Shown here: positions 13,193 to 27,949 of the stretch, piece by piece
How the letters are laid out: each line of letters begins with the position of its first letter
How positions within the stretch are numbered: the first letter of the stretch is position 1
NCBI RefSeq assembly: GCF_006345805.1
Contig: NC_042998.1
Span: 71,982,001-72,046,000, forward strand
DNA from: Octopus sinensis
Lineage: Eukaryota
Length of the DNA stretch: 64,000 bases
Direction of reading: 5' to 3'
Position numbers and translations under genes: made by a program
The notes under the pieces: generated by a model
Told to the model about the DNA's origin: nothing
The model's input: the letters and a program-made list of their open reading frames with translations, nothing else
The model's database searches: none

Positions 13193-16100
13193 CTTATAGA
13201 ACAGACGGAAATAATGGGGCATATGCATTTACTTCTGATGGGATTACGCTTTTTTACATATGCATTTGTGTATTTTCAATTATATCAATAGATCGATTGA
13301 TCAATTAGAAATATAGGGAAGAACTCTGCTCAATGATATCTTATTCAGAGCCGAAATGCATTAACTGTCAAAGAAAAAGAAGGAAAGAAAAAAAAGAAAT
13401 GGGGTTGAAGTTGTTCAGTGTGGCATGGATACAGAATTAGGTCACCTGTTGCTTATTATTAGCCTTAAGCTATTGCTCTCTTTCTTACCACGAGTGAATG
13501 GTATTCACATAGCAGCTAAAGTGAGCCGAAGGGCCGGTTCAAAAGTGTGACAGCATGCACAAAGACCCTCACCGTTTGGAGAACTTACTTTCCATGATGT
13601 GCAAGTCACGTCTACAGCGTTTACTGTGTTCCCAGACCATTGAGCCCAATGTTCAAAGAGCATTGAACATTTCGATACTCGGCGCAAAGAAATCATGATA
13701 TATTTAACTCTTTTACATGGTTTCGAGTCCTTCATATCAGTTAACTTTCTCTCAGTTATAACGTTAATCGTTATGCTCTCCAACGTTATTACTTGGCCAG
13801 CAATACATTTTGATGTCCCGTAACAGATAAGGCATATAAGATCATCATATCTAGATCGAACACTCCGTAGATGTAAATGAAGTCAATACATAGTTGTGTA
13901 ATGTGAATGAAAGGTGATCTTTATTAAAAAAAACGATTGCTAAGATGCATCTAAGGAAGGAAAACAATTAAAATTTTGGAAATATGAAATGCTTAATAAT
14001 ATGAAAATAAAAGTATATTTTGAGATTTGTATAGCTATAAATTTACTATCTTGTGTCAGTAGGGATGAGATTAAGTGTGTGTTAATTAAGAAGATATTCT
14101 ATCTGAACTGTACATGTAAATGAAGTTCAAAAGAAGAAAGCGTATGGTTCCGTTGAATCTACTTGTGTATGAAAATAATTTTTTGTTGCTATTATTTAAA
14201 TTGTGTTGTTTGTAGATGCACAACAATATAACTTATGATATGTCCATGTAACAATATTTTGTGGATGGTTGAAATGCACTGAGATACTGAAAGAAACCCA
14301 ACATAATAAGTGCAGTGTTTCAGCAAATACAAATTGATGAATGAAAGCAGATATTTCACAGCAAAGCGGTATATTTCACAAGGAAATAAAACCCAGTATC
14401 AAATAGCAGAATAGTTTTGATTAGCTCGGAAACCATATATTCTCTCATAAAGAAAACCTGATGCATGTATCCTAGTTTTCAAATCCTAATTATTGATAGG
14501 AATATCATATTCCGACAGTCTGAACAGTGTTTTAAATAAAAATCACCTAATGGGATATAATTACACAGATAAAGAGATTTGCAAAACAAGTGCCTTCATG
14601 TGGCATCGTTCACTGGTATTTTTTTTTTATTGCAGTTAGGATATTTTTAGCTGTTTCAGTCAACATAAATTCAGCAGCTTAATATCTACCAAGATATATA
14701 TGTACATATGTGTTTACATGTGTGTGCGCATGTGCATGTATATGTGTGTGTATATGCATACACACACACACGCACATATATAATATATATATATATATAT
14801 AATATTTATATATATATATATATTATATATATATATGTATCTCAACTTGTTAACAGTGGAACATTATACCACACACATAAATAAAATATTTGCATGCCTA
14901 ATTTAACAACGATGGACATCAAACTTCCTGTGGTGAAACAGTTAATATATTTGCGCATTGAGCATAACGGTAGACGTATTACTAATATTTGTGTATGTAT
15001 ATAATAGACTGAAGAGAAATTTTATACACAGGATAGATGTTGCTGCTGTTGAATTTCAGTTGAACATATAAAAAACAAAGCTGAGTGGAAAATGTGATTT
15101 CTTTTTAGATTCGTTCATGATCAATATTAGTCTGTACGTAATGCAAAATATAACATATAAACACACACGATGACAAAAGTATATATTTGCGTGCACAATT
15201 AATGATACGTGAATATAGATAAACACATATAACTCAAGGGAGCTCAATGTTAAAAGCAAAATACCTAGCTTTAACAATTTTTTCACATTGTCACTAGTTC
15301 ATTCATATTTGAGCAACTTAGTATTTTGTATAAAATATTATATATTAAGTAACTAACTAGTTTCCTAATTATGATGAAGGGTTATCTTCTGATATATAAA
15401 TCCACACAGATGAATTATTTCACTTAACATTCCTTATAAAAGTACTCGAACACAGGTTGAACCCCCGCTGCTCTGTTTGAATTGACAACTCCGTTGTACA
15501 AATTTGCTACAGACTCTTCAGATTGTTCAAGCGACCACAATCACTCACCCACTGTCTCGCTCGCTCACTCACTCACTCACTCACTAACTCACACACATTT
15601 ACACGCGCACACAAACATTCATACACACACACACTCGCACCAACACTGTATCCTATTCCTTTCACTATTTTCGTACCTTTACCCCTCTCTTTTGTCTAAG
15701 ATACTTTTCCAATTTACACCATTTTTATTCCCTAATTTTTCTCTGTGCAGTATACACCACTTTACCATCATTATAGTTTCCACACTGTGTCCTCTCCCTC
15801 CACTTACACGTCTAACACTCGCTTTTCTATGTGCATCAGTACATGAATCTTTGTTTGTCAACTCCTCATCATACGATGGAAATTTGTACCTCCCAACTTT
15901 GTATCAGTTTCCCATCGCTTCAGCAGTATTGTATTTGTGTAACCTGACTCGTATGATTATTTTTCACTCATTCAATTCCAGTATTTTTCTTATTGTCCCC
16001 GAACTTATTCCCAATTTTCACTTATTCGTCAATGCCAAAATACGGCCATATAGATTAAAAAACTATGGAAGACACTACATAAAAACGTTACATAAAATAA

Positions 16101-16462
16101 ATTAGAGAAAAATTTTGTAAGCCGCCGTCTTTCCCGGTTAGTTCACTTACGCACAAGCTCTGGGAAAATGTTATAGTGCATGACCATCCTTGGGATGTAA
16201 GTAATGTGTGTGTATAGTCTGGGAAAAATCTTTTGAGTATTGTGGAAATGTATGCCTTAGTCAATATAGATACACATACTGTGATTTATATATACTCTCT
16301 CTCTCTCTCTCTCTCTCTTATTCTCTTTCATTCTCTTTTACTAGTTTCAGACATTTATCTGTGGCCATACTGGAGCACCGCCTTTTGTCGAGAAACTTGA
16401 CCCCAGGACTTACTCTTTGGAAGCCTAGTACTTATTCTATCAGTATCTCTCTCTCTCTCTCA

Positions 16463-16556
<94 letters not shown>

Positions 16557-16730
16557 GAGAGGGATTTTCGATCCAGTCAAAATACATCATAAGCTTTCTG
16601 TTGACACACCAGACTAACAATGTTACTTGGGTTAGAGAAGAACTCCAGGTAATATTTAAATAGGGTCCAAAGTAATGGTCCATCACAATTCTATATTGCA
16701 AATCCGTGGATGGGTTCCAGACAAACTGGG

Positions 16731-17004
16731 TTTTACACAGAGTGATATACCAGAAACAAGTTTAAAATAATTGCCATTACATATTATACCTTTATTGAAG
16801 CAAATTTGGCTTACAGCTACTTCCAGTACTTTTATAGATACATTAGAGAATATATACATAGAGAGATAGAGAATATATATATATTCTCTAACGTATCTAT
16901 AATAAGTACTGGAAGTAGCTGTAAGCCAAATTTGCTTCAATAAAGGTATAATATGTAATGGCAATTATTTTAAACTTGTTTCTGGTATACCACTCTGTGT
17001 AAAA
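16731..17004. repeat. Near-perfect palindrome (arms ~126 bp)
   Basis: 16731-16856 is the reverse complement of ~16878-17004, with two substitutions and one 1-nt indel seen. Confidence 0.9.
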
Positions 17005-17050
17005 TGCATATATACATACATATATGTACATACCTACATATATATGTATA

Positions 17051-17302
17051 TGGAAGCACTCCGTCGGTTACGACGACGAGGGTTCCGGTTGATCCGATCA
17101 ACGGAACAGCCTGCTCGTGAAATTAACGTGTAAGTGGCTGAGCACTCCACAGACACGTGTACCCTTAACGTAGTTCTCGGGGATATTCAGCGTGACACAG
17201 AGAGTGACAAGGCCGGCCCTTTGAAATACAGGTACAACAGAAACAGGAAGTAAGAGTGAGGGAAAGTAGTGGTGAAAGAGTACAGCAGGGATCACCACCA
17301 TC
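17051..17302 (-). mobile_element. SINE family B, 5'-truncated
   Basis: Near-identical reverse complement of ~24930-25180. Confidence 0.85.
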
Positions 17303-17760
17303 AAAAAAGTAAACGTTGAACGCAATGAGAAATGAAAACATAAAAATAAAAACATACAAAACGAACTTTTTTTCGAACAACGAAAAAAACAAAGGCATGC
17401 AACATAAAGAATATTCCCCCTTCATCAGTTGTCCCCGTTTCAAGGACAATATGCGATTTCATTGAAACAGAACTTCCCGTAAATAAAATTTGCAAGTTTT
17501 TGCGAAGGGTAAAAGTGGTGACAAGAATAGGACAGTGAGAACGAGACAGTAAAAACAAGCGTTGAGGGCTGTAAAGCCAAGACGATAGAAAAATTATTAT
17601 GAACGCTAGGAGGACGAGCTTATGAGAGGAGACAGGTAAAAGCACGTCTTGTCTTTAGGAAGGAAATAGGCAGAAAGATGGATTCCTTTTCGACACGTGA
17701 CAGTGACGAGTGTGTCAAGGAGGGAGAATGAGAGAGATAATGAAGATATAAACGGTATAG
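17303..17760 (-). mobile_element. Family T repeat, copy 2
   Basis: Contains the arm catgcaacataaagaatattcccccttcatcagttgt and the internal block aagcgttgagggctgtaaagcc, shared with 19372-19655. Confidence 0.6.
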
Positions 17761-18043
17761 TTATCCTCTTTATACAGCTCAACCAAATAGCGCTCTACTG
17801 GAACTTCGGGAATATAAAATTAAGAAGGGGAGCAACAAATTTCAAAGGTTAGTGTATATATTCATCCAATCCATTTTAAATTATCGAAATTCTTCATAGT
17901 ATACAATATACATAGATGCGCTCACATATATTTTAATTTTAATTATATCTTCTGCATGAAGGGTATGGTTCGATAGAACTTTCGTTTTTTAAAAGTTCTC
18001 AAACTTCTAATATCCTTTAAAACTTCAACTCTTTGAATCCCTT

Positions 18044-18131
18044 AACTCTGATGAGAGAATTATAGATAACTGCTATGGTTGGAGTTAGGTCACCCATATC
18101 AACCTATAACTTCTCGAAACGGCCGTAAGAT
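18044..18131 (+). ncRNA. Minimal type I hammerhead ribozyme motif (PLE type) with extended stem II
   Basis: CTGATGA 18048-18054; stem II gagaattatag/ctataacttctc; GAAAC 18116-18120; palindromic stem III acggccgt; GUA site 18125-18127; stem I aact/agat with one mismatch. Confidence 0.7.
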
Positions 18132-18461
18132 TTTCTACCTATTTAGGATTCTTCGTGAACTATTTTATAATAACTTTCGTATCTACCCACCTCATTGATT
18201 CTAATACGGACATTCGGACTTCGCAGTACATCTATGTATTTATGTGATTATATAATTATGCGTTTGTGATTATTTATAAATTTATGAAATTTTTATATAT
18301 TTATAACTTTTCGTATATATATGTATTTATATATTCTTATAAATCTTCATCATATATTACATATGTGAACACATCTATATACAGCGTGTACTATGGGGAA
18401 TTTCGATAATTTGAAATGGGTTGAATGTATACACCAACCTTTGAAATGGTTTCCTTCTTAA

Positions 18462-18520
<59 letters not shown>

Positions 18521-19371
18521 TATATATATATTGTGTGTGTGTGTGTGTGTGTGTATGTGTGTATGTGTGTGAGTGTGTCTTTATCTGTATGTGTGTGTTA
18601 CAGTCTGTTGATGAAGAAGAAATGATTATTCGGTTTATTATTCATCGTATGGATTATATTATTATACAAATATGCTAAGCTTCTGATTTATGGACATATA
18701 GAGAAATATAATAAAAAGTATTTTCACATGCACAAAACTGTTGAAGCTCTTTATTTCACAGTAATATATTTCCAATGTTCTTTGCTTCTTTGCGATTTTT
18801 TCTATATCAACGTGATTGTATACACTGGGTGTAAGTACATACTTTCTTCATTTAGATATTGTTCCCTGCGTAGGCCGATTTAAGACAAAAAGACGGGAAA
18901 TTCATATCTGTCGCTGATCTAATTCGTTAGACTCATACATTCAGTATATAATGTGTAATATTATTAAAATTATGAACGGAATTTGTGAATCTAAGTTTAA
19001 TGTATTTGAAAATACCTGTCACGTTCGTAACAACATCTGTCTTTCCGTGAGGTAGCTATTCTGTTCAGAAATCAGCATTGCATATATCGATTATTTTTCT
19101 AATTACAGATATTTAAATATACCGTAATGGATATGAATTTTCATGTACATATTTGTATCTTGTGAATTTATTTTCACGCATATCATTAGCATGTTTTCAC
19201 GCTTTATGGTTATCAATCACGTATATTGTAATTCTTTCACATAACTGAGATATCTTCCTCATCTTTTGAATATGTATATGCATATGTATGTATGCATGCA
19301 TGTATGTATATATTTATGTATGTATGTGTGTATGTATGTATTTATCTATCTATATATGTGTGGTGTATGTA

Positions 19372-19655
19372 CACGTTGGGACAAGATGGGACTTCGTTAA
19401 AACAGTCGTTCCCGCAAAGCAAATTAAAAAAAAATTGTGATTTGTGGTGGGTTAAAGTGGTGACAAAAACAGGGCAGTAAGAACAAAACAGAAAAATACA
19501 AGCGTTAAGGGCTGTTAAGCCATAACGAGGTGAAGTGGTGAACGCTGGAGAAACAAGTGTTGAAAGGACAACTGGTGAAGGGACTGTTCTTTATGTTGCA
19601 TGTCTCGGTTCTCTATTTGTTTCTTTCGTTGCTCGAAAACAATTAGGTGTCCATG
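19372..19655. mobile_element. Family T repeat, copy 3
   Basis: aagcgttaagggctgttaagcc followed by the inverted arm acaactggtgaagggactgttctttatgttgcatg. Confidence 0.6.
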
Positions 19656-19674
19656 TTTTTGTTAGCTGTATTTA

Positions 19675-20792
<1,118 letters not shown>

Positions 20793-22371
20793 CAGGCGCT
20801 TATTTTACAGCCAGAATGAGAAATAAGGAATATAGATTTGCATTTTAGTTCTGTATCCTAAATTATAACATTTGTAATAATACCTACAATTCACCAAATC
20901 ATGAGAGTCATTTACCATTGTTAATACACTTACAGGGCCAACTAACATATTTATCCTCGATTATGTATCATAATGTGGCCTGCATATTTTTAATGTTATC
21001 TTTAAATCAAAATGACACTCATGCAAAATGGTATCAGCTTTGAAAATTCCTTTGTATAGAGATGCTAATACATGGTGCTAGACATCATGTTATGCACTAG
21101 AATTTTGAAAATTTTAATTAATTTTATATGTAATATTTTTAGCACAGGCCAATGTTCTGAAAGAAGATAATTTCCTTCACGTTTCATAATTTATTTTGCA
21201 TCCTATAAGTCATTATTCTCATTGAATTATCAATGGCAGTCTAGCGTTTTGTGATTGTGCACAAGAGCCAATTACTGTATGTTACATATGTGGACATTAT
21301 ATTTGAATACGAATTATTTCTCAAATGCTTCTCAAAGCAAGTTTACAGACATTTGTACATACACCTTATCAAAATGTATGTAATTAAACTAATTACTGTA
21401 AAACCAATTTAAAACAACGAATTGGATATTAATAATTCATTGTGACGAATTACAGAATTCACATATGAAGGAAAATGGAATATTTTTATGGACGAATATA
21501 ATATTAAAATCAAATCAAATGGAAAGGGTGTTTATTGTTTATTTACCATCATATAATATTTACACTTCTAATAATGAATGATAAATTTTAGCTTTTAATT
21601 GGAAGCAATTGCTTGCATCAAATATTATGATGCAAATAAATAATACAACTCTTTTCATTATATGTAATATATAAACAAACATTAACTGAAATTTGTGTTT
21701 TCAAGTATTTCTCTGCTGCACAATAAGTAGCAATATTTTGTTTTAATGAAATGAAATAGAATTTTAAAATACAAATACTGATAAACACTAAAATAAAGGG
21801 CATTTAGTTTATAAATAGTAAAATATAGGCACATATCGGTAAATATTTTGCCATAAAAATATATCTCAAAACAAATATTCATTACACATTCGAATTAAAA
21901 ATTGTTATTCAAAGTTCTTTTATACTTGTCTGTTACTCATTAAAGTTTATTTGTGGCAATTTATCATGCATCTATTCATAAATATGGAAAACCATGCGCA
22001 TTTATGCACAACATGCATAAGTGCACTAATGTATGTGTATACATGTAAATATAAAAATCTAAACTTTCATTTTTTAAAATCTTATTGTTGGGTGGAGCAA
22101 AACGATTTGAGTTTAGATATGTATCTAAACTCAAATTCTTTTATTTTAAATGGTATTCTGTATGTCAGAAATTAGTCCGCAAGTTCCTTGTTCCAATTGA
22201 GGCAACCACTGTTTATATATGCATCAATTCTATATAAATAGATACAGTATGTTTTATTTCTGTCAAAATAGTCATCAGTGGCTAAAAATGAAGGATGTTC
22301 GTTTGGTTAAGAAGTTAACTAAGTATAAAATACAGTTGCGTGAGTGTACAGTACATATATGTTCTGTGTGT

Positions 22372-22463
22372 CTTATCTGGCCACCACAGCCCCTAGATCT
22401 CAATATTATTGAACAATTTTGGTGCATTATATATATATATATATTGTTGAACAATTTTGATGC

Positions 22464-22505
<42 letters not shown>

Positions 22506-23388
22506 TGTGTGTGTGTGTGTATATATATAATATAATGCACCACAATTGTTCAATAATATTGAGATCTGGGGGCTGTGGTGGCCAGATAAGATGTTCAACT
22601 TCTTTAGAATGTTCTTCGTGCCATTCAGGATACACGCCCCCACATCACAGACCTTCCTCCTTGATTAACAGTTGGAAGAAGACAGTTTGAGTGAAATGCT
22701 TCTTTTGGCTGTCTCCACACGTATACTCGGCCTGTTGTCGGAAATAAGGTAAAGGATAACTCCTCCGAGAAAATAACATTCTTCCACTGCTCTAGGGTCT
22801 AGTTCTGGAGTTTTTACTCCACTCTAAGGCTTTGCAACATTTGTTTTTGAAAGTAGTGATTTTCTGATTGCAGGACTCCCGTGAAATCCCGGGAGACAGC
22901 TTTTGTGGAAATTGGGTTCTCGAGGTGGTCATTAAGCTCTGCAGTAATTTTTGAGCTGTACTTCTGTGATCCGTTATAAGAATTCATGTAAGAGTCCCTA
23001 TCTGACAATTTTGGCTTTCTTCGGGAGTTTTGTTTCGATGAGGAGCTTTTTCCCTCTTTCTCAAAGGCTGTCATTACATTAGAGACAGTACCTCTTGATA
23101 CACCAAACATTTCGGCTGGTTTCGTTACGCTAGCGCCTGCTATACGAGCATCAACAATTTGACCTATTTGAAAGTCCGATAGATCTGTTATTTTAATGAA
23201 TTTTAATTAACTTTTTCTAATTATATCTGAACAAAAGCAGCAATTTTAGCAAAACATATTAAACAACACTAATAATAAATTAAAGAAAAACATAAACAAT
23301 AAACAAACCTTTGATGGTTTTATAGATATTTCAAAATTATGATGCTATGATGATAGGAGTTTTTCCCCATTATTTTGTCCAACGCTCG
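22372..23388 (-). mobile_element. Tc1-like transposon remnant
   Basis: HTH region MFGVSRGTVSNVMTAFEKEGK...RKPKLSDRD and the motif WPPQPPDLNIIEQLW. Terminus ta|cgagcgttggacaaaataatgg at 23388. Confidence 0.8.
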
Positions 23389-24083
23389 TATATACATTCG
23401 CAAAGAATAAATGAATGCAAAAGTAATAGAGTGTGGTAATTACAAAGCCTGATGTATACACGGAATGCATTATAGGGAGGTTACTGGGGAAGTATAAGTA
23501 TAATGGTGGATGTGAAAGGAAGTATAAGTACTGATAAATGTTAAATAGATAAATGGACATGTCAGCCACAGGGATTCAGTGGGATTATTGGCGATGGCGA
23601 TGGTGAAGGGTGTGGATCTAGTCTTATTGTTCATGCTTCAATGGAAAAATATGAGTTGGTAGAAATTTGTATTCTCAGAGAGATAGTTGCAAGAAGGAAT
23701 GGCGGAAAAACGATTTCTGACATACAGACACAGGCACAGAACACTGGTTGCCATGAAAACAAGCCAGGACACACGCACACAGACACAGATACACAGACAC
23801 AGACACACAGACAGGCAGACACACATATATGTACATATATCAATAAAAACATTATGATATGAGTATAATATAATATTGAAATTATAAGTTTGCAGTTGGT
23901 GCAAATCCGGAAACCCTAAGTTTTGTCCAACTGACTGCAATGTTCACTAAAACCTCGTGACCTGTAGTCCATCGAACACACACAATCCGTCTCACGTTTT
24001 GTACGTGCTCATACGCAAAGCAGAAAATGCGCCTTTATTTGTGGGAGGGTGAAATCAAAAGTATAATATATCACCAATGCAAA

Positions 24084-24480
24084 GGCGGCGAGCTGGCAGA
24101 ATCATTAGCACGCCGGGCGAAATGCTGAGCGATATTTCGTCTGCCGGTAGGTACTGAGTTCAAATTCCGCCGAGGTATACTTTACCTTTCATCCTTTCAG
24201 GGTCGATTAAATAAGCACCAGTTTCGCACTGGGGTCGATATAATCGACTTAATCTGTTCGTCTGTCCTTGTTTGTCCTCTCTGTGGGTAGTAAAGAAATA
24301 GGTATTTCATCTGCCGCTACGTTCTGAGTTCAAATCTGCCGAGGTCGACTTTGCATTTCATCCTTTCGGGGTCGATTAAATAGTATCAGTTACGCACTAA
24401 GGTCGATATAATCAACTTAATCCCACTGTCGCTCTTTGATTGTCGCCTCTACGTTTAGCCCCCATGTGGGCAATAAAGAA
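24084..24480 (+). mobile_element. SINE family C with two internal tandem units
   Basis: Head ggcggcgagctggcagaatc...; unit gagttcaaat..gccgaggtcgactttgcctttcatcctttcggggtcgat occurs twice (~24133, ~24302). Confidence 0.8.
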
Positions 24481-24494
24481 AAATTGTTTCACAA

Positions 24495-24680
24495 ATGCAG
24501 CCATGGCTGCGTGGTAAGTAGCATACTTTCCAAACCATGATTCCAGCTTCAGTTCCACTGCGTGAGACCTTGGATAAGTCTCTATTACTATAGCCTCGAG
24601 TCGACCAAAGCAATGTGAATGAATTTCTTCGGAGGAAAACCGTGGTATATGCCTATATGTATATATGGGTATATACGTAT
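24495..24680 (+). mobile_element. SINE family A, diverged 5' half
   Basis: atggctgcgtggtaagtagc...cagttccactgcgtg...tatagcctcgagtcgaccaaagc. Confidence 0.65.
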
Positions 24681-24723
24681 GTATGTACATCGATACAAAC
24701 ACACACCACACCACACCACACAT

Positions 24724-24796
<73 letters not shown>

Positions 24797-24797
24797 T

Positions 24798-25180
24798 GGA
24801 GACGCAATGGCCCAGTGGTTAGGGCAGCGGACGCGCGGTCATAGGATCGCGGTTTCGATTCCCAGACCGGGCGTTTTGAGTGTTTATTGAGCGAAAACAC
24901 CTAAAGCTCCACGAGGCTCCGGCAGGGGATGGTGGTGATCCCTGCTGTACTCTTTCACCACAGCTTTCTCTCACTCTTACTTCCTGTTTCTGTTGTACCT
25001 GTATTTCAAAGGGCCGGCCTTGTCACTCTCTGTGTCACGCTGAATATCCCCGAGAACTACGTTAAGGGTACACGTGTCTGTGGAGTGCTCAGCCACTTAC
25101 ACGTTAATTTCACGAGCAGTCTGTTCCGTTGATTCGGATCAACCGGAACCCTCATCGTCGTAACCGACGGAGTGCTTCCA
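24798..25180 (+). mobile_element. tRNA-derived SINE, family B, full length
   Basis: A-box tggcccagtggttagg, B-box ggtttcgattcc, 3' end cgtaaccgacggagtgcttcca. Sits between (TA)n tracts. Confidence 0.85.
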
Positions 25181-25732
25181 TATATATATATGAGAGAAAT
25201 ACAATGACTAACCTTCATATATATGTATACTCACATATATGTATGTGTGTTTGTGTTTGTCTTCGTTTTTTTAATGTTTATCCCTCACTACTGCTTCACA
25301 ACGAGTGTTGGTTTGTTTCTGGAAAAAACACTGACAAAATAAATACTAGACCCGAAAAGTATAATTGTCCTAGGTTCAGTTCGTTTTCCGCGTACGTGTA
25401 ATGAGTCTTTTGTTCCTGTGTTTGTTCCTCGCTGACCCCTTGACAACTGGTGGTAGGCTCCGGTTCACGTAACATAGCTGTTTGGCAAAAGCATAGAAAC
25501 GTGCTAGTATTGAGACCGATTATATATACATATATGTGTATGTGCGGGTGTGTGTGTGTGTGTGTGTGTCTGAAAACTAATGGTACATGACCATATGTGA
25601 GTTACTAAAATATATTCTGCTGTAAAAGTTTTGTACACAAAATCATGTACTAAAAATATATAGATATATAAATACATAAACACATACATAATAACAAATC
25701 AAAAATACATTAAATATATATATATACATATA

Positions 25733-25765
<33 letters not shown>

Positions 25766-26064
25766 ATCTATGTATAGATACAACTATATAAATATGCTAT
25801 GAATACATTAAAAACATAAGATATATAGTCCTACTTATAATAAAATTGGTATTAAGATTATATGCACAGAATTGATGGAGTGTAAAGAATATTATAAATC
25901 TATATGTTTATTGTTCGTTAAAATCCAAGGGCTGTTTCTGGAAGCACAGTCATGCAAAGATGTAATACATTTTAAGTCGCAGTAATCTAATATATCCGCC
26001 TCTTCCTCCATGGAGTTTTCCAACTAGTAAGGCTACATTTGTCATGTAATAACAGGTAGCGGCA

Positions 26065-26210
26065 TATACTGCTTGGTACCAGCGACGTCGCAACACAGCT
26101 GAGTGATCTGGTGCAACATAAAATAAGCTGTCTTGCTCAAGATGCACACAATCGAACTCAATGACTTACGATTGTGAGCCTGCCAATCTAACCACTGAAC
26201 CATTCACCTT
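26065..26210 (-). mobile_element. SINE fragment (family also at 50690-50860)
   Basis: ccagcgacgtcgcaac...gtcttgctcaag...aatcgaactc...ctaaccactg, the reverse of a tRNA head plus conserved core. Confidence 0.55.
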
Positions 26211-26509
26211 CATATAAAAGTGTGTGTGTGTGTGTGTGCATATATGCCCATATGGCATAGTGAAGTAAAAGTTTTTAGTTCGTTATGCCATGTGGTCTTT
26301 TCCTGATGATTGTGTCGAGATGCTTGTCATGTACTCAGCACAAGAAACTCTTATGAGAAATTGTATTGAACCTCTTAGATAATAATTATCTCTTAATATA
26401 TGGAGTCTTTCTTTGTGACCTTCCCGTCACAGAACAACACATTGTGTATGTGTGTGTTTACATATATACATATGTGTGTGTATGTGTGTGTGTGTGTGTG
26501 TGTGTACAG

Positions 26510-27090
26510 GTCGTCACGAACAGTGTAATTAACATGAAATACATAAACAAACGAGGAAAATAGTAAAAAAAGCAATAAAAAATGGTAAACAGGACAAGTA
26601 AACACACAGGAAGGACCCTTCATCAGTTGTTGGCTTTCTGTCTATTCCTCCTTTCGAGTATTCAACGACAATATGAGTCTTCAAAGACAGTTGCTCCCAT
26701 AAATTCTAAAATAAATACAAATAAAGGGAAATAGTGAACCCTGGGAGAAATATTATTTTGAAAGGAGAAAAAACGTCCACCTTTTAAAACATTCGTGCAC
26801 AAAAGGAAAGACCGTCACCTGAGTAAAAGAAAGATGGACGAATATCGCGTGTGAGCAATGAGAGAGAAAAAAGATTAAAATAGGGGAATGGTGAAGGACG
26901 GGGAGATAAATAGAATTTGTGAAGGATGGAGGAAGAAAACGGTATAGAGAGGGTGTCTCATCAAAATGGTGATGACAAACATACTTGGAGTAGATACACA
27001 GCCGGCGACTGATGAAGGGTCTTTCTCTGTGTTTACTTGTCCTGTTTTCCATTTTTCTCGTTGATTACGTATTTCATTCGTTTTCCCTCT
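26510..27090. mobile_element. Family T repeat, copy 4, with both inverted arms
   Basis: aaacaggacaagtaaacacacaggaaggacccttcatcagt (~26588-26628) is the reverse complement of actgatgaagggtctttctctgtgtttacttgtcctgtttt (~27008-27049). Confidence 0.7.
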
Positions 27091-27205
27091 CCCAAAAAGA
27101 TGTATTCACTCTTTGACAGACGATTGTATGTATATTAATAAACATCTACATGAACACAAGATGCATGACTAGTGGGAGTTCAAAGAATGAGTAGGTCTTT
27201 TTCGA

Positions 27206-27254
<49 letters not shown>

Positions 27255-27949
27255 CGCGATATATATCCGAAACTGAGTCATTTACTGTTGGTTACGGATC
27301 TGGAGTTGCTGTTGCTGGTGCTGTTGTTGGAGCCGACATCGATGTAGTTATTAGAGGGCGTGCGTCTGACGATATCACTGTAGCTGTTGCCTTTACCGTA
27401 GCGATCCCGGCCGTAGAGTTGGTGTTGCCTTTGCTGTTGCGGATGATGCCCTGGCTGCTGTCACTGTTAATTCCAGGCGTAGCTCCACTGGGGCTGCTGG
27501 TACTTGCATGTCGTCATCTCCGGCCTCAGTGCTGGAGCTGCAGTTGCTGTTGTTTCTGCTGTCTTATGCCGCCTCCGCCAATGCAATTGTTGTCATCGAT
27601 ATTCATGTATGTTCTGCTGCGGTCGTAGTTGTAGGTGCTGCTGTTTCTACCGCTTAATCCGTTGCTGGCGCTTAATATGTTGCTGCTATTGTTGTAATCG
27701 ATTTGTTGGATGCATCGCAGCTGCTTTTACTCTGATTGTTAAGGCTGGATACCAGCACAGCCTCATATACGACTCACTCAGATTCACATTGGCTCGCCCC
27801 CCACTTGACAGCCATTTTACTCCCTGCATGAACAATCAGTCACTGCTTGCGTTTTCATGATGGGTGCGCAGCTAAAGGATACCCTTAGATTGTGCCTACA
27901 ACACAAAAGTCCGTACCTGTGTGCCTGTGAGAAAGCATGTCTAGTAATC

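Noticed and set aside
13505-13783. 92-aa ORF in moderately GC-rich unique sequence
   Set aside because: No recognisable domain; cannot be supported without a search.
24084-25180. tRNA genes; CRISPR-like reading of the tandem SINE units
   Set aside because: The tRNA-like heads lack a cloverleaf and continue into SINE bodies. The tandem units have no unique spacers, there are no cas genes and the context is eukaryotic.
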